A stretch of DNA of 61,760 nucleotides from Parcubacteria group bacterium GW2011_GWC2_42_12 (GCA_000997945.1 LCCP01000003.1:1-61760), one strand, 5' to 3'; counted from the first letter of the stretch, positions 1-9,174 are shown. Translations and numbers: made by a program. Notes: generated by a model from the letters alone, not told the origin.

Positions 1-1
1 C

Positions 2-79
2 CGGCTCATCAATAATCGCCCGAGAAAAAGACTGGGTTATTTGACCCCTAACGAGGTGTTTTTTCGCCAAAATAATTAA
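2..79 (+). mobile_element. IS30-family transposase, C-terminal fragment running off the left edge
   Basis: Frame 2 reads RLINNRPRKRLGYLTPNEVFFRQNN*. The RPRKxLGxxTPxEVF tail is the conserved C-terminus of IS30-type transposases. Confidence 0.55.
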
Positions 80-250
80 GCTTTGGAATAGAATTTAACC
101 TCTATCATGTTTCTGTAACATAAACCCTCCTTCCTGGGTTGGTGCTGGCTTTTTTTAAAAGAGCCAAACGTTGTTGTTTCAATGCTTAGATTTAATCACG
201 CGGCCCCTATTATGTCAAATTTCTTTCCGGCTTAATTATTCGCCAAAATA

Positions 251-259
251 TGCTATAAT
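251..259 (+). promoter_or_regulatory. Extended -10 promoter TGcTATAAT, 6 nt before ATG 266 (probable leaderless mRNA)
   Basis: TGCTATAAT at 251-259. There is no Shine-Dalgarno sequence between it and the start codon. Confidence 0.4.
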
Positions 260-265
260 TACTGT

Positions 266-1384
266 ATGATAGAAGCTCAATTTTATAAAAAATTAAAACC
301 TCCCCTTACTCCCCTCCTTGGTAAGGAAAGGAACTCGCAAACCGTGGTCTGCGAACTCTGCTGCCATTATTGCCATATCAAAAATCAGGCGGTTGGAATC
401 TGTTCGGTTCGGAAGAATATCAACGGCCAGCTGTATTCTCTGGTTTATGGCCAGCCGGCGGCGATTAATATTGACCCGATTGAAAAAAAACCTTTATTTC
501 ATTTCCAGCCCGGGAGTTTTACTTTTTCTTTTGGCACCCTTGGTTGTAATTTTAAATGCGCTAACTGCCAAAACTGGGAGATAAGCCAAGCTGTTGTATC
601 GTTGTTCCCGCAAAAGCGGGAATCCAGAAAAAATGTCTCGCCAAAATTAAATAATTTCTGGATCCCCGCCTACGCGGGGATGACAAATCTGATTATTGAA
701 CCGCAAAAAATCGTTGAGCAAGCCATTGAATCCGCTTGCGCCTCTATCGCCTATACTTATAACGAGCCCACGGTTTTTACTGAATATGCCTTAGACATCA
801 TGAAAATAGCCAAGAAAAATAATTTAAAAAATGTTTGGGTGTCCAACGGCTATATGAGTGAGTTATGTCTAGAAGCAATCGTCCCCTACCTTAACGCCAT
901 TAATGTCGACGTAAAATCAATGGACGAAAAATTCTATCGCGAGACTTGCGGCGCCAAACTTAAACCAGTACTAAACAATTTAATCAATCTAAAAAAAGCT
1001 AATGTGCATCTGGAAATTACCACTTTAGTTGTTCCAAAACTATCCGATGATCCGGCCATGCTTAAAGAGCTGGCCAGCTTCATTGTCCAAGAGCTTGGCA
1101 GTGACACGCCTTGGCATATTTCAAAATTCTCGCCTGATATTTCCTGGAAATTGCGTGACGCTCCGGCCACATTGGAAAAAACTATTTTCCAGGCCCATGA
1201 AATCGGTAAAAAGGCTGGCTTAAAATATGTCTATGTCGGTAATGTCTATAATTCTGACAAAGAAAACACCTATTGCCCGAATTGCGGCCAATTAGCCATA
1301 AAACGGCTTGGCTATAACACAACCAGGTACGATAATAACGGTAACTGCCAGGAATGCGGCCAGAATCTGGACCTAGTTGCTTGA
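266..1384 (+). CDS. AmmeMemoRadiSam system radical SAM enzyme (PflA-like activase family)
   Basis: Carries the CNFKCANCQN CxxxCxxC cluster, the IDPIEKKPLFHF and AYTYNEPTVF motifs, and a C-terminal CPNCG...CQECG zinc ribbon. Confidence 0.85.
   Translation: MIEAQFYKKLKPPLTPLLGKERNSQTVVCELCCHYCHIKNQAVGICSVRKNINGQLYSLVYGQPAAINIDPIEKKPLFHFQPGSFTFSFGTLGCNFKCANCQNWEISQAVVSLFPQKRESRKNVSPKLNNFWIPAYAGMTNLIIEPQKIVEQAIESACASIAYTYNEPTVFTEYALDIMKIAKKNNLKNVWVSNGYMSELCLEAIVPYLNAINVDVKSMDEKFYRETCGAKLKPVLNNLINLKKANVHLEITTLVVPKLSDDPAMLKELASFIVQELGSDTPWHISKFSPDISWKLRDAPATLEKTIFQAHEIGKKAGLKYVYVGNVYNSDKENTYCPNCGQLAIKRLGYNTTRYDNNGNCQECGQNLDLVA
601..686. repeat. Palindromic GC-rich MITE inserted in frame in the radical SAM gene
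   Basis: The left end gttgttcccgcaaaagcgggaatccag and the right end ctggatccccgcctacgcggggatgacaa are inverted repeats. The element translates as ...SLFPQKRESR...WIPAYAGMT... Confidence 0.75.
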
Positions 1385-1409
1385 CAAATAAATACTGGTG
1401 AATTATATT
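1381..1409 (+). promoter_or_regulatory. Sigma-70 type promoter TTGACA-N17-TATATT for clpB
   Basis: TTGACA at 1381-1386 and TATATT at 1404-1409, directly followed by CIRCE. Confidence 0.65.
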
Positions 1410-1413
1410 AAAT

Positions 1414-1440
1414 TTAGCACTCTAATGCTAAGAGTGCTAA
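1414..1440. promoter_or_regulatory. CIRCE operator (HrcA binding site)
   Basis: TTAGCACTC-taatgctaa-GAGTGCTAA is a perfect match to the TTAGCACTC-N9-GAGTGCTAA consensus. Confidence 0.9.
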
Positions 1441-1448
1441 CTAATGAA

Positions 1449-1637
1449 TGTCATTGCGAGGAGCTCGTACTCGAGCGACGAAGCAATCTCTAGTTAGAAA
1501 TACTTTGCCAACCTAAAGGCGAAATCTCTTTAAAACAGGATTTAATTTGTCAATCAAGGCATTTACTGAGTATTTGTTTTTCTTTCTTGCCAGAGATTGC
1601 CGCGCCGCCTTGAGTACAAGGACGGCTCGCAATGACA
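1449..1637. repeat. MITE, tgtcattgcgag family (copy C1)
   Basis: Has terminal inverted repeats tgtcattgcgagg...gcaatctc / gagattgc...ctcgcaatgaca. Its internal sequence is similar to copies at 40815 and 50815. Confidence 0.8.
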
Positions 1638-1650
1638 AAAAATTTTGCAT

Positions 1651-1700
1651 TTTACATTGTCATTTTACATTTTGAGATTTTAACTTTACATTATAATCAT
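1651..1700 (+). repeat. AT-rich cattttacattttgagatttt element abutting the clpB start codon (copy E1)
   Basis: Near-identical to the right half of the element at 4410-4525. Confidence 0.65.
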
Positions 1701-4283
1701 ATGTTCGATAAATTTACTCATAAATCCCAGCAGCAAATAGAAAGCTTGCACATTTTGGCCGCCCTACTCTCGCAGAACGAAGGGTTGGTTAAACCAATTC
1801 TGGAACGGCTAGGCGTTAATTTTAAATTAATTGCCAAACGGATTTTTGAAACCATCGAGCGATTGCCGAAAACTTCCATCACCTCTAATGTCGGCACGGT
1901 TCAGGGCACGGCCGAAGCGGCTATGATACTGGAACGGTCTAAAAAAGAAGCGGACAAAATCGGCGACGAATATATTTCCACCGAGCATTTATTCTTGGCT
2001 CTAATCGGCATTAAATCACGGGCGCAAGACATTTTAATTAGCTCGGGCGTTAGTTACGACGAAGTTTTAAAAATACTGGCAAAACTGCGCGGCTCGCAAA
2101 CTATCACCGATCCGGAGCCGGAATCAAAATTCCGCGTTCTGGAAAAATACGCCATTAATTTAACCGAATTGGCGCGTGCGGAAAAATTAGATCCGGTTAT
2201 CGGCCGCGATGAAGAAATCAGGCGCATTATGCAAGTTCTTTCCCGCCGCACTAAAAATAACCCGGTCTTAATCGGCGAAGCCGGCACGGGGAAGACCGCG
2301 ATTGTTGAGGGCTTGGCGCAAAGGATAGTGAGCGGAGACGTGCCGGAAACCTTAAAAGGCAAAGAGTTAATCAGTTTGGATTTGGGCGCCCTGGTGGCCG
2401 GTTCAAAATTCCGCGGTGAGTTTGAGGACAGATTAAAAGCGGTCCTGAAAGAAATTAAAGCCCAGGACGGAAAAATTATCCTGTTTATTGATGAATTGCA
2501 CACCTTAGTCGGCGCCGGCGCCTCGGAAGGGTCAATGGACGCCTCTAACATGCTAAAACCGGCCTTAGCGCGCGGGGAATTACGAGCCGTAGGCGCCACC
2601 ACGGTTAAAGAATACCAAAAATATATTGAAAAAGACGCGGCTCTAGAACGGCGTTTTCAACCGATTTTAGTTGCTGAGCCGTCGATTGACGATACCATTA
2701 CCATGCTCCGCGGCATAAAGGAAAAATATGAAGTTCATCATGGCGTGCGCATTACCGACGACGCGCTTTGCGCCGCGGCTAAATTATCCTCTCGCTATAT
2801 TACCGACCGCTTCCTGCCGGATAAAGCCGTAGATCTGATTGACGAGGCCTCTTCGGCCTTGCGCATGGAAATAGATTCTTCGCCCGAGGAATTGGACGGT
2901 CTGAAACGAGCCAGCAAGAGATTGGAAATTGAAAAGGCCGGGCTGTTAAAGGAAAGCAAGCCAACCGCCCGGCTTAAAGACATCAATAAAAAATTAGCCC
3001 AGCTTAAAGAAAAATCCAACCAGCTGGAACTCCATTGGCATAATGAAAAAACCGCCATCGCTAAAATTAGAAGTTCAAAAAAACAGATTGACGAACTTAA
3101 GGTTCAAGCGGAAATTATTGAACGGCGCGGCGCTGATTTAACGCAGGTGGCGGAAATCCTCTATTCAAAAATCCCAGCTTTAAAACAAGAAATAACCAAT
3201 CAGGAAGCCGAGTTGGTTAAAATCCAAAGCGCGGGCCAAAGAATCTTAAAAGAAGAGGTTGACGAAGAAGATATCGCCAAAGTGGTTTCCCGTTGGACCG
3301 GCATCGCCGTTTCCAAAATGCTGGAATCGGAAATAAAAAAATTAGCCAACGCCGAAGATGTTCTGGCCAAACGGGTGGTCGGGCAAGACGCGGCCATTAA
3401 ATCCGTGGCCAACGCCATCAGGCGTTCCCGAGCCGGCATTAACGAAGAAAAAAAGCCCATCGGTTCCTTTATGTTTGTCGGACCGACCGGCGTAGGTAAA
3501 ACCGAATTAGCTAAGGCGCTGGCCGAATTTATGTTTAACGATGAGTCAGCGCTCATTAGATTGGACATGAGCGAATTCATGGAAAAGCATTCGGTCGCGA
3601 AAATTATCGGCTCGCCTCCGGGCTATGTCGGCTATGACGAGGGCGGTCAATTCACGGATAAAATCAGGCGCCGCCCCTATAGCGTGGTCTTGTTTGATGA
3701 AATTGAAAAAGCTCACCCGGAAATTTTTAATATCTTGCTGCAAATTTTAGACGACGGCAGATTAACCGACGCTAAAGGGCGGATTATCAATTTCAAAAAC
3801 ACTATCATAATCATGACCTCCAATTTAGGCAACGAGGTAATTAAAGAATATTCCATCGGCTTTACCGGTACGAGCAACGCCAAAGAAGCCGCCGATATGC
3901 GCCACGATGAAATGAAAGAAAAAATTGATCGCATCCTAAAAGATCATTTTAAGCTGGAATTTTTAAACCGCCTGGATGAAGTAGTAATCTTTAAAAACCT
4001 AGGCAAAGAAGTCCTCTCTAAGATTGTTGATCTGGAACTGGCCAAAGTGGAGAAAAGATTAAAAAACAAAGTCATCAACCTGAAAATCGCGCTTAAAGTT
4101 AAAAAAATGCTCCTGGAAAAGGGCTATGACATCACTTATGGCGCGCGCCCGCTAAAACGAATTATCCAGAATATGATTTTAGACGAACTGGCTATGGAAA
4201 TTATTGAAGGCAAAATCAAGGCCGGCGACAAGGTGGAAATTAATTTAAGCTTCAAAAATGAAATTTTATTGACGGTGAAATAA
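1701..4283 (+). CDS. clpB: ATP-dependent chaperone ClpB
   Basis: Has two AAA+ modules ([16 protein letters not shown] and [19 protein letters not shown]), a Clp N-domain and a long coiled-coil middle domain. The start is set at MFDKFT because the upstream codons lie in repeats. Confidence 0.93.
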   Translation: MFDKFTHKSQQQIESLHILAALLSQNEGLVKPILERLGVNFKLIAKRIFETIERLPKTSITSNVGTVQGTAEAAMILERSKKEADKIGDEYISTEHLFLALIGIKSRAQDILISSGVSYDEVLKILAKLRGSQTITDPEPESKFRVLEKYAINLTELARAEKLDPVIGRDEEIRRIMQVLSRRTKNNPVLIGEAGTGKTAIVEGLAQRIVSGDVPETLKGKELISLDLGALVAGSKFRGEFEDRLKAVLKEIKAQDGKIILFIDELHTLVGAGASEGSMDASNMLKPALARGELRAVGATTVKEYQKYIEKDAALERRFQPILVAEPSIDDTITMLRGIKEKYEVHHGVRITDDALCAAAKLSSRYITDRFLPDKAVDLIDEASSALRMEIDSSPEELDGLKRASKRLEIEKAGLLKESKPTARLKDINKKLAQLKEKSNQLELHWHNEKTAIAKIRSSKKQIDELKVQAEIIERRGADLTQVAEILYSKIPALKQEITNQEAELVKIQSAGQRILKEEVDEEDIAKVVSRWTGIAVSKMLESEIKKLANAEDVLAKRVVGQDAAIKSVANAIRRSRAGINEEKKPIGSFMFVGPTGVGKTELAKALAEFMFNDESALIRLDMSEFMEKHSVAKIIGSPPGYVGYDEGGQFTDKIRRRPYSVVLFDEIEKAHPEIFNILLQILDDGRLTDAKGRIINFKNTIIIMTSNLGNEVIKEYSIGFTGTSNAKEAADMRHDEMKEKIDRILKDHFKLEFLNRLDEVVIFKNLGKEVLSKIVDLELAKVEKRLKNKVINLKIALKVKKMLLEKGYDITYGARPLKRIIQNMILDELAMEIIEGKIKAGDKVEINLSFKNEILLTVK

Positions 4284-4296
4284 AATACCATTAAAA

Positions 4297-4328
4297 AGAC
4301 GGCTGATTATATCGGCTGTCTTTTTATT
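4297..4328 (+). terminator. Intrinsic terminator after clpB
   Basis: Stem agacggc/gctgtct (one G-T pair) followed by ttttattt. Confidence 0.55.
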
Positions 4329-4364
4329 TATACTACTAATCTTAGCAAATTGCCAGGCGGTAAT

Positions 4365-4393
4365 TTGCTCCTTCGCCTTTGGTATACTATAAT
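4365..4393 (+). promoter_or_regulatory. Promoter TTGCTC-N17-TATAAT
   Basis: Hexamers at 4365-4370 and 4388-4393, upstream of the secreted-protein gene. Confidence 0.5.
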
Positions 4394-4409
4394 AGTAATA
4401 TAAATAGTT

Positions 4410-4525
4410 AAAAATTTAAAAATCAAAGTTAAAAATGACAATTCAAAATGTAAAATACCTAAGGTTAAATAATTTTAGATTTTCCATTGTTATTTTACAT
4501 TTTGAGATTTTCATTTTAAATTTTC
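4410..4525. repeat. AT-rich inverted-repeat element (copy E2) ending at the ATG
   Basis: The arms tcaaaatgtaaaata and tattttacattttga are complementary. The right end is shared with copy E1. Confidence 0.65.
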
Positions 4526-5995
4526 ATGAACAAAATTAAATATCTGGTATATTTTTTAATAGTGATTTTGGGCTTAACCTTTGTAGCCTCTACTAAGGCC
4601 GAAGGCTTTGACCCGAATAATATCATCGGTGACCTAGAGATCCTGGATTACAGCACCATGGACTTAAATGATATTCAAAATTTTTTGGCAACTAAAGGTA
4701 GCTACCTGGCTACTTACTCCTGCCCTGATGCCAACGGCATAACCAGGCGAGCCGCGGAAATAATTTATAACGCGGCGACCAAAAGCTATGATTGCGACGG
4801 CGCCATTTTAAGCGATAATCCAACCGACGAAGAAAGAAATTTAAAATGCCGCCAGGTTACCATCAACCCAAAATTCCTCCTGGTCCTTTTACAAAAAGAA
4901 CAAAGCTTAATTGAAGAATCTTCACCCAGCCAAAAAAATTTAGATTGGGCGACCGGTTATGGCTGTCCGGATTCAGGCGGCTGCAATCCCCGCTGGCAGG
5001 GCTTTGGCAAACAAGTTAACTCCGCGGCCCTACAGTTCAGAGACTATCTTGACAACCCTCAATTCTATACTTACCGAGCCGGCGGTACTTATATCTTTAC
5101 CAACCCTTATGGCACGATCAGCCAAGAGCCGGTTACGGTAACGCCGGCCAATCAGGCCACAGCCGCGCTTTATAATTACACGCCGCATGTTTATAACGGC
5201 AATTTTAATTTTTATAAAATCTGGCGGCGCTATTTCACCAAAATTTATCCGGACGGCTCGCTCCTCTCCGCTGACGGCGAAGCCGGAGTTTGGCTATTGC
5301 AAAATGGCCTCAAGCGGCCCTTTTTATCCAAAGCGGCCCTGGCCTCGCGCTTTGATGTTAATAAAATTATAAAAATAAATAAATCTGATTTAGATAAATA
5401 TGAAACCGGCGCGCCGATTAAATTCGCGCAATATTCTTTAATCAGATCGCCGCGCGGCACTATCTTCCTCTTGGTTGATGATAAAAAACGCGGCTTTACT
5501 TCCATGCCAGCTTTCCGAAAAATGGGCTTTAATCCGGCTGAAGTCGTTAACGCCAGCTGGGAAGATATAAATTATTACGCCGATGGCGCCAACCTGACCG
5601 CCACCTCGACTTATCCAACCGGCGCGCTCTTGCAAAATAAAAAAACCGGCGGCGTTTATTATGTCATGGAAGGAATTAAAGCTCCGCTGGTTGATAAAAT
5701 CTTCTTAACCACTAAATTTAAAAATAAAAAAATTATCAAAGTCACTCCGGACGAACTTGACCAGTATGCAACCGCTAAGCCATACTTATTCGGCGACGGA
5801 GAGTTGCTTAAAACCAAAGACTCGCCTTACGCTTATGTAATTTCCGGCGGCAAAAAATTGCTCATCTCCTCGGATAAAATATTTAACAGTCTGGGCTATA
5901 AAACGGAAAACATTATAATTGTGCCTGCCAGCGTCCTATATTTATACGACGTCGGCGCTCCCATCACCGAGGCGACGGTCAATAACGAACAATAA
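4526..5995 (+). CDS. Secreted repeat protein, function unknown
   Basis: Has a signal peptide (MNKIKYLVYFLIVILGLTFVASTKA) and four degenerate C-terminal repeats (GVWLLQNGLKRPF, TIFLLVDDKKRGF, GVYYVMEGIKAPL, YAYVISGGKKLLI). Confidence 0.7.
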   Translation: MNKIKYLVYFLIVILGLTFVASTKAEGFDPNNIIGDLEILDYSTMDLNDIQNFLATKGSYLATYSCPDANGITRRAAEIIYNAATKSYDCDGAILSDNPTDEERNLKCRQVTINPKFLLVLLQKEQSLIEESSPSQKNLDWATGYGCPDSGGCNPRWQGFGKQVNSAALQFRDYLDNPQFYTYRAGGTYIFTNPYGTISQEPVTVTPANQATAALYNYTPHVYNGNFNFYKIWRRYFTKIYPDGSLLSADGEAGVWLLQNGLKRPFLSKAALASRFDVNKIIKINKSDLDKYETGAPIKFAQYSLIRSPRGTIFLLVDDKKRGFTSMPAFRKMGFNPAEVVNASWEDINYYADGANLTATSTYPTGALLQNKKTGGVYYVMEGIKAPLVDKIFLTTKFKNKKIIKVTPDELDQYATAKPYLFGDGELLKTKDSPYAYVISGGKKLLISSDKIFNSLGYKTENIIIVPASVLYLYDVGAPITEATVNNEQ

Positions 5996-6000
5996 TAAAA

Positions 6001-6255
6001 AAAGTAAAATGTAAATATCAAAATGGAAAATGACAATGTAAAGTTTAAAATTATAATGTCTAAATCCTAAATTCTAAACAAATTCAAATGACCAAAATAT
6101 TAAATTCAAAACGAATACTAACTGCATTTTGTTTGGAGCATTTGGATTTATAATTTTAGATTTATTTAGAGTTTAGATATTGGAATTTAGAATTTCTAAT
6201 TTTGCATTTTTAACTGTCATTTTTCATTTTAATTTTTTAATTTTAAATTTAAATA
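6001..6255. repeat. Nested AT-rich palindromic element (copy E3) ending 1 nt before the ATG
   Basis: Outer arms are gaaaatgacaatgtaaag / ttaactgtcatttttc. Inner arms are ctaaattctaaa / tttagaatttag. Confidence 0.6.
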
Positions 6256-6256
6256 T

Positions 6257-7045
6257 ATGTCTATCATCTTCTCCGCGATTGTTCCTCATCCGCCCATACT
6301 TATCCCGGCCATAGGCAAAGAAAATTTAGAACAGCTAAAAGCCACGGCCGATTCTTATTCAGAATTAGAGCAAGATTTGTATGCAACGCAAGCGGAAACT
6401 ATTATTATTATTTCGCCTCACGGTCCTTTGCAGGAAAGCGCCTTCAGTCTAAATTTAAGCCAGGAATTTTATGGTGATTTTAAGGATTTTGGCGATCTGA
6501 CGACCAAATTCAATTTAAGGGGAGATATCGGCCTAGCCCATAAGATTAAAGAAAAAATGGAAGCCGTAGCGCCATTGCAGCTCGTCAGCGAAGCTCGGCT
6601 TGACCATGGCACCTCAATCCCGCTTTACTTATTAACCCAACATCTGCCTAAAATAAAAATCATCCCGCTTTATTATTCGGGACTAGACTTGACCGCTCAT
6701 TACAATATCGGGCAAATGATCAAGAATGAATTGTTAAGTTCAAGAGGTAGAGTCGCGGTTATAGCTTCCGGCGATTTATCGCATCGCTTAACAAAAAACG
6801 CGCCGGCCGGCTACAACCCGAAAGGAAAAAAATTCGATAAAAAATTAATTGACAATTTACTTAAAAAACAGATTAATGAAATAATTAAATTTAATCATGA
6901 TTTCGTAGCCGATGCCGGAGAATGCGGCTTAAAATCCATTGTTATTCTCTTGGGCATCCTTGATGGCATAAAATATGAGCCACGGCTCTTATCATACGAA
7001 GCGCCGTTTGGCGTTGGTTATTTAGTGATGAATTTTAAATTATAA
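6257..7045 (+). CDS. LigB/Memo-superfamily protein (class III extradiol dioxygenase subunit B-like)
   Basis: Carries the IVPHPPILIP, DHGTSIPL and GDLSHRL motifs. It is a possible partner of the AmmeMemoRadiSam enzyme. Confidence 0.65.
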   Translation: MSIIFSAIVPHPPILIPAIGKENLEQLKATADSYSELEQDLYATQAETIIIISPHGPLQESAFSLNLSQEFYGDFKDFGDLTTKFNLRGDIGLAHKIKEKMEAVAPLQLVSEARLDHGTSIPLYLLTQHLPKIKIIPLYYSGLDLTAHYNIGQMIKNELLSSRGRVAVIASGDLSHRLTKNAPAGYNPKGKKFDKKLIDNLLKKQINEIIKFNHDFVADAGECGLKSIVILLGILDGIKYEPRLLSYEAPFGVGYLVMNFKL

Positions 7046-7315
7046 CTTATCGCCCCGGCCGCCGCTGATCTTAAAAAAATATTTCCACTTCTGTCCCCCT
7101 TGGCACAATTCTTTAGTATCATTTAAACATTTTTCAATAAAAATTCTTGGTTTTTGCTTGCAAACTTTAAAAACCGCGCTTCTTTTAAAATCCGGAACAT
7201 TCAAATCTTTAATTACTTTTAAAGCTAAGTCCTGCCAAGCATAGGCCGGCATTTTTTTATTCTGTCTGCGGGCAAATAAATCCCCGATTTTTTCCGGACC
7301 CTTATCTATAGGCAT
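7040..7315 (-). CDS. Small hypothetical protein (91 aa)
   Basis: Intact ORF whose 3' end overlaps the convergent neighbour by 6 nt. No recognisable motif. Confidence 0.45.
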   Translation of the reverse strand: MPIDKGPEKIGDLFARRQNKKMPAYAWQDLALKVIKDLNVPDFKRSAVFKVCKQKPRIFIEKCLNDTKELCQGGQKWKYFFKISGGRGDKL

Positions 7316-7338
7316 ATATAAAATGAATTGTACAGGTT

Positions 7339-7494
7339 GATTGGACTAAGTTTAGTTTAATTTTCGTGCGAGGACTGTTTGAGCCAGTAAAACCTTTAAT
7401 ATTTTACTTAATTTAATCGTGAAATCAGCCATCTTCAACAAAACATAAGTGGGCGAGTTCCGCAGTAGAAAATTAAACTAAACTTAGTCCAATC
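7339..7494 (+). repeat. Hairpin element family A, copy A1
   Basis: Has perfect 27-bp arms gattggactaagtttagtttaattttc / gaaaattaaactaaacttagtccaatc. The core is GAGGACTGTTTGAGCC ... GGCGAGTTCCGCAG with a 66-nt insert. Confidence 0.85.
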
Positions 7495-7593
7495 TTAAAG
7501 CTGGTGCAATATATTAATTATAACAAACTATTGCTAAAAACTCATCTATCTGTTAACCTAAATCCTTATTGAATTTATCATAATCTATCTAAA

Positions 7594-8067
7594 ATGCCAA
7601 TACTTAAAATAATTACCATACCTAATCCCATCTTAAGGAAAAAGTCCAAAGAAATAAACTTTAAGGAAATTAACACTCGCGACTTTGCCAAATTGGTTTC
7701 AGCTATGGGAAAAACCATGATCAAGACCGACGGCGCTGGCCTGGCGGCTCCGCAAATAGGCAAAAGTATCCGCCTGGCCGTAATTAACTCCAAGGACGGG
7801 CCGATTTGCCTAATTAATCCAAAAATTACCAGGAAATCTTGGGCCAGAGAATTAGGCCAAGAGGGCTGCTTATCCATACCGGGGATTTTTGGCCAAGTAA
7901 AAAGGCACAAAAAAATCACGGTGGCTTATTATAATCAAGCGGGGAAAAAAATAAAGCAAGTGGCCCAAGGGTTAATGGCGCGAGTCATGCAACATGAAAT
8001 CGACCACTTGGATGGAATTTTGTTTATTGATAAGATGGCGGGGAAAAAAATAAAGCAACATGAATAA
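7594..8067 (+). CDS. def: Peptide deformylase
   Basis: Carries the GAGLAAPQIG, EGCLSIPG and HEIDHLDG motifs. Confidence 0.95.
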   Translation: MPILKIITIPNPILRKKSKEINFKEINTRDFAKLVSAMGKTMIKTDGAGLAAPQIGKSIRLAVINSKDGPICLINPKITRKSWARELGQEGCLSIPGIFGQVKRHKKITVAYYNQAGKKIKQVAQGLMARVMQHEIDHLDGILFIDKMAGKKIKQHE

Positions 8068-9007
8068 AGCAACCAATAAAACTAAAATAATCTTCATCGG
8101 CACAGCCGAATTCGGCCTACCGTCTTTTAGGGCTATAACCCTAAACCCAAGCCTGGAAATTATTTTAGCCGTCACGGGGCCGGACAAACCGGCCGGCCGT
8201 AACCACGCCGTTATCTCTTCGCCCATTAAAATTATCGCTGAAAAAAATAATATTACAATCTTACAGCCAGAACATATTATAGATATCAAGGAAAAAATCG
8301 CACTCTTAAAACCGGATCTAATTATTACTATTGCCTACGCGCAATTGATCCCGGAGGCGATTCTCAACATCCCGAAATACGGTTGCCTTAATCTGCACGC
8401 CTCGCTCTTGCCTAAATACCGCGGCTCGGCCATCATCCAAGCCGCGATTTTAAACGGCGATGAGCAGACCGGCATTACCATAATGAAAATGGACAAAGGG
8501 CTAGATACCGGCCCGCTACTGGCGCAATTGGCGGTAAAAATCAGCTCGGAAGACACGGCTGGCGCGCTCTATGATAGATTGTCCGAGATCAGCGCCGATT
8601 TTCTTATTGACACTATCAGACAATATTTAGCCGGAAAAATTATTCCTGTGCCGCAAGACGCGAGTCAAGCCAGCTACGCCAAAGAGTTAACCAAGAGCGA
8701 TGGCCTGATTGATTGGACAAAACCAGCCGAAAATCTGGTTAGATTTATCAGGGCCATGTCGCCCTGGCCAATGGCTTGGACTTGGTGGCGGGGCAAAAAA
8801 ATAAAAATCATTGCCACGCAACTGGAGCCGATTGAAATTAATTCATATAAACCCGGAAAAACTTTTAAATACAATAACGGTTTAGCGGTGCAAAGCGGCA
8901 GAAACGCTCTAATCATAAAAAAACTGCAACTGGAAGGCAAAACCGAATTGAAAAGTGAAGAATTTTTACGCGGACAAAAAGATTTCATTGGTAGTTTGCT
9001 GGGGTGA
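8060..9007 (+). CDS. fmt: Methionyl-tRNA formyltransferase
   Basis: Carries NLHASLLPKYRG and a formyltransferase N+C domain layout. It overlaps def by 8 nt. Confidence 0.93.
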   Translation: MNKATNKTKIIFIGTAEFGLPSFRAITLNPSLEIILAVTGPDKPAGRNHAVISSPIKIIAEKNNITILQPEHIIDIKEKIALLKPDLIITIAYAQLIPEAILNIPKYGCLNLHASLLPKYRGSAIIQAAILNGDEQTGITIMKMDKGLDTGPLLAQLAVKISSEDTAGALYDRLSEISADFLIDTIRQYLAGKIIPVPQDASQASYAKELTKSDGLIDWTKPAENLVRFIRAMSPWPMAWTWWRGKKIKIIATQLEPIEINSYKPGKTFKYNNGLAVQSGRNALIIKKLQLEGKTELKSEEFLRGQKDFIGSLLG

Positions 9008-9011
9008 TGGA

Positions 9012-9174
9012 GCCGAACAATAGTTTTAATTTTTCACTCAAGACGAAATTTGTGTATTTTTTCTTAAAATTATTCAATAGGTAAAGACCAAAATAGCCAA
9101 GAGTGAAATTGAATAATTTTAAGAAAAAATTACTACAATTTCGTATTCGTTCAAAACTAAAACTATTGTTCGGC
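9012..9174 (+). repeat. Hairpin element family B, copy B1
   Basis: Arms are gccgaacaatagttttaatttt / aaaactaaaactattgttcggc. The core aagacgaaattt...ctacaatttcgtat is shared with the copy at 11204. Confidence 0.8.

Noticed and set aside
1632-1700. N-terminal extensions of clpB (ATG 1632), recR (GTG 22331), rplK (31435), the ABC ATPase (35780) and the membrane protein (30236) as given by the ORF track.
   Set aside because: The extra codons translate repeat elements or overlap upstream genes. Conserved protein N-termini begin at the downstream ATGs used in the feature table.
2054-3934. Several 65-182 aa minus-strand ORFs inside clpB. Similar antisense ORFs occur inside the SDR gene, ftsI, dnaK, dnaJ, the Clp-like gene, the HlyD gene and pyrB.
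   Set aside because: They are shadow ORFs fully nested in strongly supported genes. Their translations are low-complexity and they have no start-site signals.
6001-6255. A possible CRISPR array or tandem repeat in the AT-rich region.
   Set aside because: There is no regular repeat-spacer periodicity. The structure is nested inverted repeats related to elements at 1651 and 4410.
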